Positions 38,852 to 51,388 of a DNA stretch of 64,000 nucleotides are shown one piece after another; within the stretch, counting starts at the first letter, position 1, and the number at the start of each line of letters is the position of its first letter. The translations under genes and the position numbers were made by a program. A model generated the notes under the pieces. That model saw nothing but the letters and a program-made list of their open reading frames with translations. It searched no databases and had not been told where the DNA came from. This DNA is from Chiloscyllium plagiosum (Eukaryota): positions 1,097,968-1,161,967 of the forward strand of contig NC_057751.1 of assembly GCF_004010195.1 (NCBI RefSeq), written 5' to 3'.

Positions 38852-39311
38852 AGCCAGGGCTGGAGGATTTGAGCTACAGGGAGAGGCTGAACAGGCTGGG
38901 GCTGTTTGCCCTGGAGCGTCAAAGGCTGAGGGGTGACCTTATAGAGGTTTACAAAATTATGAGGGGCATGGATAGGATAATAGGCAAGGTCTTTCCTCTG
39001 GGGTCAGGGAGTCCAGAACTAGAGGGCATAGGTTTAGGGTGAGAGGGGAAAGATATAAAAGAGACCTAAGGGGCAACATTTTCATGCCGAGGGTGGTACG
39101 TGTATGGAATGAGCTGCCAGAGGAAGTGGTGGAGGCTGGTACAATGACAACATTTAAGTGGCATTTGGATGGGTATATGAATAGGAAGGGTTTGGAGGGA
39201 TATGGGCCGGGTGCTGGCAGGTGGGACTAGATTGGGTTGGGATATCTGGTCGGCATGGACGGGTTGGATTGAAGGGTCTGTTTCCATGCTGTACATCTCT
39301 ATGACTCTATG
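38852..39311 (+). mobile_element. CR1/HER1-type 3' fragment inserted into a decayed PLE tail
   Basis: PGLEDLSYRERLNRLGLFALERQRLRGDLIEVYK. The flanks 38835-38851 and 39312-39385 join into a family-C-like tail. Confidence 0.88.
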
Positions 39312-39399
39312 AACAAGATTTGGCAGCGTCTGTGCAGAGAGAAACAGAGTTAGTGTTTCGAGTCCTGTTTCCCTTCTCCAAAACACACCAAAAATTACA

Positions 39400-39595
39400 G
39401 CAGCTTCCCTTGTCTTCCCATCTTTATTCGAAATGCAGCCGGTTCTTATCTGACCTCACATGGTCTTACTCACCCATTAACCCTCTGCCTGCTGACCCAC
39501 ACTGGCTGCCAGACAAACAATCCTCTTTTTAAAGCTATAATTCCTAACATCAAGTTACAGTACAGCCCCAACCCTTTCCTACCTCTGTAACCTTC
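39400..39595 (+). mobile_element. L2-like LINE remnant
   Basis: SPINPLPADPHWLP resembles the L2 motif HITPxLxxLHWLP. Confidence 0.5.
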
Positions 39596-39596
39596 T

Positions 39597-40095
39597 CTGT
39601 GCAGTTTTGGGCCTCATATCTCAGGAAGGATGTCCTGGCCCTGGAGTGTGTTCGGAGAATGGTCCCAGGACTGAAAAGCTTAACATAAGAGGTACATTTG
39701 AGGACTCTGGGTCTATATTCTATGGAGTTTAGAATGATGAAGGGGGTCTCATTGAAACTTACAGAATACTGAATGGCCTGGACAGGGTAGATGTTGGGAA
39801 GATGTTTCCATTGATAGGAGAGCCTTAGAGTAAAGGGAAGACCTTGTAGAACAGAGACAAGGAGAAACGTCTTCAGCCAGAGAGTGATGAATATGTGGAA
39901 TTCATTGCCACAGAAGGCTGTGGAGGCCGGGTCATTGAGTATATTTAAGACTGAGGTGGATAGGTTCTTGAGTATCAAGGGTTACTGGGAGAAAGCGGGA
40001 GAATGTGGTTGAGAAACTTATCAGCCATGATTGAATGGGGCAGAACAGATTCGATGGGTTAAATGGCCTAATTTCAGCTCCTGTGTCTTATAGTT
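39597..40095 (+). mobile_element. CR1 LINE 3' fragment
   Basis: VQFWASYLRKDVLALE and FSQRVMNMWNSLP; same subfamily as 7094-8045. Confidence 0.88.
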
Positions 40096-40199
40096 CTGTA
40101 GGTCTGTGATCTGCTCCAATGAGTTCCATTGACACTGAGACTGACAGACAATAATATGTTTATGTTTCAAGATGAAGCTTTTCAGTTCACCTCCCGATC

Positions 40200-40960
40200 A
40201 AATAAAGTGATGTCAGCACAAGGGAAGAAGCTGCCTTTGGAGAATTGTATCCAATTGAAAGCCCTTGCCCTATATATTGGCAAGCTCCTGTCTCAAAAAG
40301 GCCACCATGGAGAAGGAGAGCCAACACCAGGCCAGCATTCTGCAAACAACAGCACCAAGTGTATGAGCCTTCACAAGTCAACACAAGTCCTTGTGTACAC
40401 AGCACTCTTAATCAGCACTCTCCCAACTTGCTGTGAGCCCTGGGGTGTGTCAGCCTGACCCAAGAAGCTGGGCGAAAGTGAGGACTGCAGGTGCTGGAGA
40501 TCAGAGCTGAGAATGTGTTGCTGGAAAAGCGCAGCAGGTCAGGCAGCATCCAGGGAGCAGGAGAATCGACGTTTCAGGATTCCTGAAGAAGGGCTCATGC
40601 ACAAGAAGCTGGACCACATGCATCAATAGAATTCACCAGATTCAATGGTGAAAAACATCAACCACAAACCAGTGTCCTTCATGAACCCAACTTGACAGGC
40701 AATCAGGTAAAACTCCGACAAAATCATCAAGGATGGAGTGGACGCTGTCCAGATGGCTGAAAAATAACTCCCCCACCAGGTAATGTTTTCTGAGTTCTCA
40801 AATGGTCAGTGTTCCCGAAGAGAACAAAGGAAATGCCATCGAACTACTCTGAAGGTCCCAGTTAAGTGTGGCAGCATTTTCATTCATGACCAACAGGAGC
40901 TTGGCTTCATTTGCTGGAAAATGGTAATACCATGTACATCAAGCTGCACTATACTTTCAA
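40200..40960 (+). mobile_element. Decayed RTE-clade LINE
   Basis: STQVLVYTALLISTLPTCCEPW (cf. TKxxVYxAxVLSTLLYGCETW) and FSEFSNGQCSRREQRKCHRTTLK (cf. YGELxxGxRxRGGQRKRxKDxLK). Confidence 0.7.
40472..40601 (-). mobile_element. Family-A hammerhead element with internal inversion and 11-bp TSD
   Basis: CAAGAAGCTGG at 40461-40471 and 40602-40612. Confidence 0.85.
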
Positions 40961-41990
40961 TCCAAACACCTTCAGGGTGATGCTGAGCAGTGACAGAGTG
41001 GGAAAGGAAAGGAAGTGAATTCTACACTGGGGAACCCACTACTCAGCAGGACATTGATGTGCCCAAAGAGCTGCAGGTCACAAAGAGACCAGTTCACTCA
41101 CATGAAGATGCTTGGCAGAAACCTGCAGCTCTGAGTAAACATGACCCTCCTATTGAAGCACAGCAGACTGACAGTGACCATTGTATCAAGTTCTGGCCAG
41201 GCATCATGCTTTGGGAAGGACATGAAGACATGGGAAAGTACGGTGGTCACTTGTCCATTTTCATAGTGTCCAATACCAGATGCTTTCAGTATTTTTGGTT
41301 TTGTATCACTTGCAATGCAAAAGGTCCCTTCCCTGAGCAGAATGGTCCCGAAGACCTCTCTCGTCCTTTCTGGTGAGCTTCGAGGTGAGGACGACACACA
41401 GGCATGTGACTTGGAGACCCTGTAATAATTCTGTCCCATGTAAAACTGCAAACTTAACTTCTGAGCAGAGGGGAAGCACTGTACAGTGGGGAGTGAGCAA
41501 GTGCTTGGGCTCCAGAACTCAAGGAAGGGTCATCATAGGGTCCCGATGGCAGAGGGAGGGGGAGAGAGAGAGACAGAGAGAGAGAGACCAGAGGCCAGTG
41601 GTCACAGAATGCTTTGTCTGTCCACTACCAAGGCATCATTAAACTAGGCTGAAGGGGCTGGAAACACAGGCTGCAGTTTCACTGGGCAATCTCCCTCTCC
41701 CCCACGACATGGGGCCCCTTTCACCAGAGTTTCACCAGCGGACAGACCAGTATTTCACTGGTCTACCATCATGTATTGTTGAGCCTATCAGAGAAGATGG
41801 AAAAGAGATCTACAACACTTAATCCAGGGACGAGGTAGTTCAGGTAGGGTTGTGGCAGGGAGGAGAGAAATTGGAGAACCTGGGACAGATCTCAGGGGAT
41901 CGGGAAGAAATTTGATCAAGTTTTTGAAAATCACACAGGCTTGATGGGAGTGACCAAGAGACGCTGTTACCTTTGGAGATAAAAACCTGT

Positions 41991-42447
41991 TGTGGGGAAA
42001 ATCACCAGCCTCGGAGTCAGAGTTGGGTTTCAATGACAGAGTTTATTGTACAAGGAAATACCAGAGCTCGGGGGAGAGAGAGAGACACATCATAAGCAGT
42101 GGCCAGCCGCGAGTCCTCTCTCCACCCGGAGCACATGTCAAGATACTTTTATACATTTTGTAATATAATAGGTCAGTGATAAGGTTATTGTCTTTGTAAC
42201 ATAGTTTGTTTATTGTAAACATTGCAGAATCGTTGATAGTTTCAGTGCAGTCATTGGCAGTTCCAGCGCAGACATTGTAGTAATGGGCGCTAATCGCTCT
42301 TCCTGAAATAGATGATTACTGCAGCCCTAGGTATTAGCACTTTGTATTGAGTCCATATCAAACAGTTAGCATTTCTATAAGAGGTGTTGGCTGGACCCAG
42401 ACACTTTGGCGGGCAGCATATGCTACTCATGTGTATTCTCTCCCCCA
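41991..42447 (-). mobile_element. Probable ERV-like solo LTR (~457 bp)
   Basis: TGTGGGGA...TCCCCCA inverted termini. Minus-strand TATAAAA (42147-42153) lies upstream of AATAAA (42042-42047). Flanks CCTGT/CCCGC could be a decayed 5-bp TSD. Confidence 0.55.
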
Positions 42448-42608
42448 CCCGCCTTAAACTAATCAACTGGGTTGTGAGTGCATTGTGCTAGCATTTTGGT
42501 GGCCCCAGGTAGTGTCTGTGTTTGCTCTGCTGTCTCTCTCCATATTGTGGTCTGGCGGCTATCTTGTGTGTCAAGTGGCCAACTTATGGCTCAACGGCCA
42601 TCTCAGTG

Positions 42609-42910
42609 GGGGTGGCACAGTGGCTCAGTGGTTAGCATTGCTGCCTCACAGCACCAGGGATCCGGGTTTAATGCCCGCCTCAGGCGACTGACTGTGTGGA
42701 GTTTGCACGTTCTCCCCGTGTCTGCGTGGGTTTCCTCCGGGTGCTCCGGTTTCCTCCCACAGGTTAGGTGAATTGGCCATGCTAAATTGCCCGTAGCGTT
42801 AGGTGCATGGGTCAGGGGTAAATGGGTCTGGGCGGGTTACTCTTCAGAGGGTCGGTTTGGACATGTTGGGCCGAAGGGCCTGCTTCCACACTGTAGGGAA
42901 TCTAATCTAA
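42609..42910 (+). mobile_element. HE1-type SINE
   Basis: A box TGGCTCAGTGG, V-like core and AATCTAATCT tail. Confidence 0.9.
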
Positions 42911-43711
42911 CCTTGTGTGTTCATGTGCCCAATGTCACCCTGACCTGTGCCATCTCCCTCTTCAAACCCAAGGAGATGAATTTGGGGTGAACGGAGAAAA
43001 AAGCAAGATAAGAGAAACTGTTTGATTTATTTGAGGCAGGGTCTGGTTCCAGTCTGGAAAGCTCTGCCTGAGACAGAGATGGAGCTTGCAAAAAGGGGAT
43101 TGGATAAATGGCAGCTGAAGAGAAAACGTTGACTGTTCAAGAAGACAGTGGGACAATGGCAGAACTCCTCTTGCAGAAATGCCAGCACAGATCACGAAGG
43201 GCCCAACTGCCTCCCCTGTGTATCCATTGTGCAGAGGTGTTGTTCTGACCTCCCCAGTTTTAACCCTTTCTATCACTGGCGAGCAGTGAGCTTCAGCTGG
43301 TGGGAGCTCAGCTGTGGACTCCTGTCTTGCTGCATTTTCCTCATGAAAACCGAGGGTTTTGGTGGTGGTTTTGTTGGAGTACAATCTTGACAGAGGGAGC
43401 TGGAAAAACCTGCCAAACACACAGCTTGGGGTGACAAAAGAGCAAGAGATGAGCCAGAGACCTGCCACCAGCCCAGCACGTGATGGTCAGCATGGCCCAA
43501 TGAAGATGCGATGGCTCAGCATGAAAAACCACCAGGTGCTGCTGTTTGCCCTTGGACATTTCACATGGCTAAGGTGTAATCTGTCAGTCCCCTGGGATCA
43601 TGATGGGGCAGACCATTGCTCGGACAGTTTTCTACCACCGATGAATGGGAAAGTCTCTGTAAGATGAACCCTGTACCCGAGATAGTGGGCCCTGTGATCT
43701 GACAAGCTGTA

Positions 43712-43746
<35 letters not shown>

Positions 43747-43900
43747 ACTTCTTACTGTCTTTCCTAGGTCACAACAATGAATACATTTCAAGACTACTTC
43801 ATTTGCTATGAATGGCCTGAGGTGTGAAAGGCGCTACAGAGATACACACACAACACACACAGACACAACACAACACACAGACACACACACACACTCTCTC
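43712..43900. repeat. (CT)n(CA)n and (CA)n microsatellites
   Basis: Seen directly at 43712-43746 and 43845-43900. Confidence 0.9.
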
Positions 43901-45767
43901 TCGGTGAATGAAGACAGAAATGACCACCATCATTCTAGTTTAATAATGCAGTAACTGTTGTGTGAATAATGCAGGAGGTGATTAACATTTCCCCAGCAGA
44001 CTGCCTCCACAATTCACTCTCAGTCTCGGCACACTGTTGGAAAACTCGCTGCTCAGGGGGCGGGGACTGGGGTCAAAGCTGCAGCTCAACTGTCTCACAT
44101 TAATCTCAGTGACCTGGGAAAGGACACAGTGAAGTCTCAACACCACCAGTCATCTACCCTTCCCTGTGACGCACACCCCCTCCTCCCTCCCCGCCTCCTT
44201 GCTGGCAATCGGCCTCTGGTCCTGCTGCCAAACACCACATTAAAACAAAGTGGAGCGCCATCAAGTGCGGCTGGAAATGAAGTGCTGTCAGAGGGAACAA
44301 TAGTGCTGTGAGCAGAGAGCCCAATTCATGGGCTTCACCTCATTAATCAGAGCCTGACAAAGCCATGAAGGCAGTGCTCAGTCAGTCAGGCACGCCAGCT
44401 GCCCGACTGAGGAGCTGTGGATCTGCTCAAACAGGGCACACTGAGGTTGGGAAGAATGGATGCTGGCTGCAGGAAAACCTGGGGAGTTTGTAGGCTGCAC
44501 AGTGCAGTGTGCTGAGACATCATCGTGAGGAACTGCCTGCTCTGTGTGTGTGTGTGTCTCTCTCTCTCTCTCTCTCTGTCTACCTGCCCACACCCTGCTC
44601 CAGGCTGTGGGGGTGGACAGCAAACAGGGCCATGAGTGCACAGTTCAGCAGGATAAGGCAGCACGGAGGGGGGTCATAGGGAGAGAGTGTCCCCAGACCT
44701 CCTCCCACCACCACCCCTGCTTTCTCCTCCTGTGTTATCAGAGCTGGCTTCTCTCACTTGAGCTTCTGAAGGTGGGTGGGGGAGGGCAGTTCCAAACTGG
44801 GGACCCAGGAGTGACCTTTGGAAAGCAGGAATGTGGGTCAGCAGCGTCTCTGGGAGAAACCAGTGTGGGACACACACACACACAGACACACACCCACAGA
44901 GACACCGACAGACTTCCACAGTGAAATCACACCTCAGCTTGTCTTCAGAGACAAGAGTGTGCACCAGGAAGTGAGATTCCGCAAACATACATACACACAT
45001 TTAGCCTGTTCTCCCCCCATCGCGGCTGTGATTTATTTTTAAGCTCTTCCATATGCAGGCTGTCATTTCTGCTGTTTCCGTGACCAAACAGAAGGCGAAC
45101 ATGTTTTGGCCTGTTCAGAGAGTTCCTGGCAGTGGGAGTGCTCCCCTCCAACACGGCCAGCGCTCATTAATCATCAACACCGCCAACTGGCAGGCCCTTT
45201 CAAGAATCATTTCCACTCAAAACAGAGCTGCAAATGGACTGGATCCTGCTTTCGCAGCCATCGTTCTCTGGATTATGGGATGTGTCAGACAGCTGTGACA
45301 GACAAGACCTCTCTGTTCAACAGGTCTTCACTCCCACAGGCTCCCTTCATATCAAGTGTCTGATGCCATTTGACAGCTTCAGTAGTGTCTCCAGAACAGC
45401 TGAAAGAATCTGTTCATTGTAACAAATGCACAGTCCCAAATGTAAGTGCCTATCCCACTTAGTGGAGAGAAAACCATTCAGTGCGATTAGCTGGGTTTGC
45501 AGTATATTTTACTGAGTATATAAGGCTCCTTCAGGATTTGTCAACTCAACTCTAATTCTTTGACAACACATCCACAACGCAGGGGTCAGTGAGCAGGATA
45601 CAGCAACGTCTACTACCTAGGCAGCTTGACCCTTCCTCATCTCAGGTCCTCTGCAACCTTCCTGCTTATGTCACTTGGAGGGTAATGCTCTTGCATTTCA
45701 AACTCACTGTTCCAGCCCCACTCCGCACACCAGAGACCATAAATTATCCTGATATTCCAATATCATC

Positions 45768-45870
45768 ACTGAGGGAGCACCAGTCTGTTAGAGGGTCAGT
45801 ACTGAAGGAGGGGAGTATCAGAGGGTCAGTACTGAGGGAGGGCTGCACTGTCGGAGGGTCAGTACTGACC
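45768..45870 (-). repeat. Short array of the 33-bp minisatellite unit
   Basis: Three GAGGGTCAGTACTGA units, reverse complement of the 11853/50937 unit. Confidence 0.75.
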
Positions 45871-47854
45871 AAGTTGATGTCTGAGCACTGAGCATGCTGC
45901 CACTTTCCTAATCAGTTTGCCATCCTCAGGATGATCGAGCTGTCCTGACTCTCAACATCCTACTCTTTAGCAAACATGTTGTCCCTGCTACTGTATCTCC
46001 TTCAACATTGTGAGCTCTTATATTACACAGCAACCTTTTTAACTTACACCATACCGACTGCCTTCGAATCTGCTCGTCGGCACATTTCTGTTTATAGGAT
46101 CTTGCCTCAAGCAAAATTGATTGCATTTCCAATTTGGCAACAGTGACCGTGTTTCAGAAAATCACAGAGCTTCAGGATGGCCTGTGGTTGTGTAAAACCC
46201 TTCTGAAGACAGATTGGTGCTGTTGCCTGCTTTGTCCTTGGGGTCAGTCCATCTTTGTTACTACACTGACTCCCTCAGTCCCCCCCAGTCGTGTCAAAGT
46301 CTTAGGTTCAATGACAACAAATAGGGCTTTGATTTTACAAAAATAACTATGCTGAGGGTTTCAACGCCCCCACCCTGTCACGTTGCTATTGGAATGTCAT
46401 TAGACAACACAATGTATCCCATTGTCCCCACCCCAAAACTAGTGCAGAAGGAGTTGCAAGTATTTTTATAGTCAATCAATAAATCATGAATTCCATGAAG
46501 ACAGTCATTAATTTCCAAGCACAATATTAGTCAGGCTTATCAGAGTTATCAAAGCAAATGTACAAACATGAATGTATTCAATGACGTGCAGTGTTTTTCA
46601 CAGGACAGTCTAGAATATGTCCCAGCAGCTCAGCATGCTGTCTTCCTGAGGTCAAATCCAGAAAGAAAGCCTGCTCTCAGACTTCACAATCACTCAAGCC
46701 CAAGCTGAACTCATGTCATATAGATCCTCATTGTTATCAGCAGCAGCGTGCATCATTCCATAATCATCTCCTGTGTCACTGAGTGCTTTGAGTATCCCAT
46801 TCTTCCGGAATGATTTGAAGACAACCCCTGTTCTAATGTTATGCCTGGGTCTCGAAAACCCACTCAGTCAGAGCTTACTGATGCAAGGGGCCATTTAGAG
46901 CCTGTGTTGGCGAATACCTTTGCTTCGGTCATTCAGTCAGTCCACGTTGGGTGGGAATATCAGTGAGAACCAGCTGGGACTGGATAGAAGCTGCTGCTGT
47001 TGGCAAAACTGACCATCTTGTTACCGGTTTGAATGCTCTTCATTTTCACACTGACCCTAGTCGTTAATGATGCCCATGAAGTGATCGCTGACACTGGTTC
47101 GATCAGTGATACGAACAGTTCCCAATCCATAGTGTAAACATCCCAACATCACGACTTTGCTTCAAGAGCCAACTGGTCCAGTAAAAACAGCCCCTTCACA
47201 GACAGACTCCGTCAAGGTGAACAGTTTGAGTTTTCATGCTCCCTTTTTTATAGAATCCCCACAGTGTGGAAACAGGCCATTTGGCCCAACAAGTCCACAC
47301 TGACCCACAAGTTTCTCTCAAGTGTTTTTGTTTCTGTGGGGTTGTGATCTGAAAGGAAATTTCTCCTTGAACCATTCAAATTCCTCCTGGAGCCCACCTT
47401 CCTGTTCCTATTTCTTTCATCTCCAACAACATTCTTCAAGCCTCGAAATTCCCTGTCAAACCAAATCCCCCCTTCCCACTCTCACCCCGTAGCTCTGCAT
47501 CTTCTGATGAAAATGTTCCTTTCACTCATGACTCAAAAGGTTACAGTGTGGACAGCTGCAATGACTTTCCACAAGCCCTTGTGACAGGCACCTTGGTGGA
47601 TCCTGACATCATCTTGTGTTGGGTAAGTCTGTGGGAAAACACATGCAGAAAATCTCCTGGTGCGATCATAGCTAACTAACTGGATGGATCTCACCAGGGT
47701 CGACAAATCCCATTGTTTGGTTGCAGTGAACCTCCATGTGTCCAGCTATGATTTATTATTTTGTTGGTGTCCTGTATGCATCCACTTCTTTCAGTGACAT
47801 GTGAATTCTTGTTGGCTATTAGTCTTCTCCTGAGAAACAGTCTGGAGTGAATTC

Positions 47855-48002
47855 AGATTAGATTAGATTACAGATTACATTACAGTGTGGAAACAGGCCC
47901 TTCGGCCCAACAAGTCCACACCGACCCGCTGAAGCAAAACCCACCCATACCCCTATATTTACCCCTTACCTAACACTACGGGCAATTTAGCATGGCCAAT
48001 TA
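47855..48002 (-). mobile_element. 5'-truncated HE1-type SINE
   Basis: Near-identical to 2640-2770. Confidence 0.88.
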
Positions 48003-48399
48003 CCACTAATGGTGGTATTCCTTTTGGATACCATCAGATTTATGCTTTCTGTTGTCCAGGTCCATTTCTCTCACATCTCAGGGAGAATGGACTTTGATGG
48101 ATTCTATTTGTTATTCCCCCCCCCCCCCCCCCCGATCTCTGTCAGTTTGTATCACTCTGTCAGCTGGTGTAGCACGGTTGAACCCTCCAGCATCGGGTGC
48201 AAGACTCGAGTAGTGAAGGGTGGAGCTCAGAGACATTGACAGCACAAAACAAGGTTGTTCACCCCATCGTGTCACACCACTCAACAAAGGTCTGACTCCA
48301 CTCATCCCATTTTCCAGCTCCTACACTGTAGCCCTGGAGGCTATGACAATGCAAGTGAACATCAACATGCTGCCAGAATTTCTGATTCAATCACCCTTT

Positions 48400-49480
48400 A
48401 GGCATCACATCCCAGACTCCCACTGCTCTCTGAATGACAAGATTTCTCGTCACCTCCCACCTTAGCCTTTGACATTTTCCCTTAAGTCTCTGGCCCTGGT
48501 TACTGACCCCAGCACTCATTGAAAATGTGCAATCTGTCTCCACCCCTCATGACCTTATACATCTTCATCAGGGTCCAATCTCAACCTTTGCTGTTGTAAG
48601 GTAAACAAGTTTAGCTCATCTAATCTTTACTCACATTTCAGACCATCCAGCCTGGTAAATCCCCCTTGTACCCTTGCTATTGTAATCATATCCTTCTTAT
48701 AATCTGGTGATCAGAACTGCACACGGTGCTCCACTATTGACAATTCCAGCATCACCTCCTTGCTCTTGTATTTTCTGCCTCAGAAAATAAAGGTAGGTAT
48801 TCCATATGCCTTCATGACCAGCTTTTCTCCCTGCCCTCGTACTCTGAGGGATCTGTGGAAATGCACACCAAAGTCCCTCTGATCTTCAATGCTTTCCAGG
48901 GTCCTCACAATCAGTCTAATCGCTTGCCTTGTCAGCACTTCCCAAGTGCATTTCCTCACACTTTTCTTGGTTGAGTTTCACTTGTCTCTGCTTTGCCCAG
49001 AACCCCACTGGAAATGGACTTCCAGACACAGAAACATCCCTCCACCATTACCCTCTGCTTCCTGCCTCTCGGTCAATTCCATGAGCTCTTACTTTCATAA
49101 CTTGTCTGCCATGAGACCAGAGGATAAAGAGCAGAATTAGGCCAGTCAGCCCATCAACTCAGCTCTGTCATTCAATCACGCTGAATATGTTTCTCAAACC
49201 CACCTTCTCCATGTCCACTTTATCCAGGCCTCTCAGTATCCTGGAAGTTTCAATGAAATCCTCCACCCGCTCCCACCATCCTTCTAAACTCCCTCAAGGA
49301 CAGATGCAGAGTCCTCAATTGCTCTTCAAATGACATTCCCAGGATCCTTGTTGTGAGCCTCTTCTGGACTCTCTCCAAGGCCAGCACATCCTTCCTTAGT
49401 TGGTGGGACCAAATCTGCCCACAATATTCCAAATGTGGTCTGACAAGAGCCTTGTACAGCCTCAGCAGTACATCTGTACC
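48400..49480 (-). mobile_element. Decayed CR1 LINE fragments
   Basis: EYCGQIWSHQLRKDVLALERVQKR and upstream CR1-like segments. Confidence 0.75.
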
Positions 49481-50936
49481 CTTGTGTTATGATCGCTGAA
49501 GTCCATGAACACCACACCAAGCTTGTTGCCCTCAATAACAATCCTGGTTCCCTCCTGAGAAAGAGATCAATCAGATACAACCTTCCCTTCTATACTGACT
49601 GTGCCCATGTCTTCCAGATCCACTCACGGATAACTAGATGGTCTTTAATGGGCCCTGATTTTCCCTTAGTTAGTCTCTTGGTCTTTGTGTATTTTTAAAG
49701 ATCCTTGAGTTTTCTATCATTCTATCGGCCAGTGCTCACTCCTGCAGTCTGCTTTCCTAATTTCCTTTTAAAGCTCCCCCTAGCCCTTTCATACTCCTCC
49801 AGAGACCCTGCTCTCAATACCTGCCACAGGCTTCTCCAGTTTCTTAATCCCCACCATTATGTCCCATGACCCCAGGGTTCATCAATCCAGGTCCCACTCG
49901 ATGTCTTTCACCCTTGAGTGTCACCTGCTGCTCTGACACAGTTTTATCTACAACTGGCTACTCCCAGACCGCATGGGTCAAGATCTTAGTAAAATTAGCC
50001 TTTCCCCATCCTTTTCCAAGCTATTCCAAATCTAACAGAGTTATGATCACTATTTCCAAAATATTCCCCTCCTGATACACTTTCTACCTACCTGGGCTCA
50101 TTTCCAAAGATTAGATCGAGAAGTGCTCCCCACTCACCCCACGCCCCCTTGTTGGGCTCTTTCTGTACTGGCTCCTTGACATCTCCTGTTTTCAGAATCT
50201 GAGTGATGACTAATGGGGGTTTGGAGTCAGACAGCACAGTCATAGATAACTAATGTATCCAGCCAGCTGAAAGCCTTTTCACCTGCCTTGGGAGTGAGTA
50301 AGATACATTCCTGATGAAGGATCAGTCATCTATTCATCTCATTAATAAATGAAAGGCCTTACATCGGTGTTTCATAATGGCATTAAATTGCTTAAAATGA
50401 GAAAAGTGCTTTTGAGGATTCATTAATAATTGTGCTGATCTGAATATACAGACTCAACTCTTTGATTGAAATGTGTTTATCATCTGACAGAATTAGACAA
50501 CATAAGAAACATAGATTCTGTTTAGTCTTCATCGAAAGTGAACATTTTCTGCACAATTTATGGGCAACGCTTCAGGAGATCAATCAATTCTTGTTACTTT
50601 TAATGGATTAAGTATCAGATTAAATGGACATTGTCAGGGATTGATCAAAGAATTAGGGACAGTTCAGAGCTGAAGTACACTGGAGATCCTGCATTATCAT
50701 TGAAGAACATGTAGCCACCTCAAATAAAGTCCCTTTGAACAGCAGTCAATGTTTTAAAACAAACACCAAGCAGGTTCGCACACAGTAAGCTCCCACCAAG
50801 CAAAAGGCCCTCATGAGCAGATCAAATGTTCCCACAATGTTGGTTCAGGGAGAAATACTTGCCTCAGGATCCCAGCTCTTCCCATAGATCTGACATTGCG
50901 ATCTTTCATATCCAGCTTTCACAGATATCAGCCAAA

Positions 50937-51388
50937 TGACCCTCGGACATTGCAGCACACCCTCAGCACTGACCCTCTGACAGTGCAGCACTCCCTCAGT
51001 ACTGACCCTCCGACAGTGCAGCACTCCCTCAGTACTTACCCTCCGACAGTGCAGCACTCCCTCAGTACTGACCCTCTGACAGTGCAGCACACCCTCAGTA
51101 CTGACCCTCGAACAGTGCAGCACTCTCTCAGCAATGACCCTCTGACATTGCAGCACTCCCTCAGCACTGACCCTCTGACAGGGCAGCACTCCCTCAGTAC
51201 TGACCCTCTGACAGTGCAGCACTCCCTCAGTACTGACCCTCCGACAGTGCAGCACTCCCTCAATACTTACCCTCCGACAGTGCAGCACTCCCTCAGCACT
51301 GACCCTCCGACAGTGCAGCACTCCCTCAGTACTGACCCTCTGACAGTGCAGCACTCCCTCAATACTGACGCTCTGACAGTGCAGCACT
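50937..51388 (+). repeat. 33-bp minisatellite, ~13.7 units, inside a Deu-like SINE remnant
   Basis: Tandem (TGACCCTCYGACAGTGCAGCACTCCCTCAGYAC)n. Flanks 50745-50936 and 51389-51450 resemble the Deu-like SINE at 57480-57830. Confidence 0.95.

Noticed and set aside
46790..47230. Possible further RTE relic on the minus strand
   Set aside because: Motifs are too eroded to support a call.
50305..50320. CATTCCTGATGAAGG hammerhead start
   Set aside because: No stem II, GAAA or tail follows, so it cannot be called.
50937..51388. CRISPR-like array of ~33-bp repeats
   Set aside because: Units are directly tandem with no unique spacers, there are no cas genes, and the context is vertebrate.
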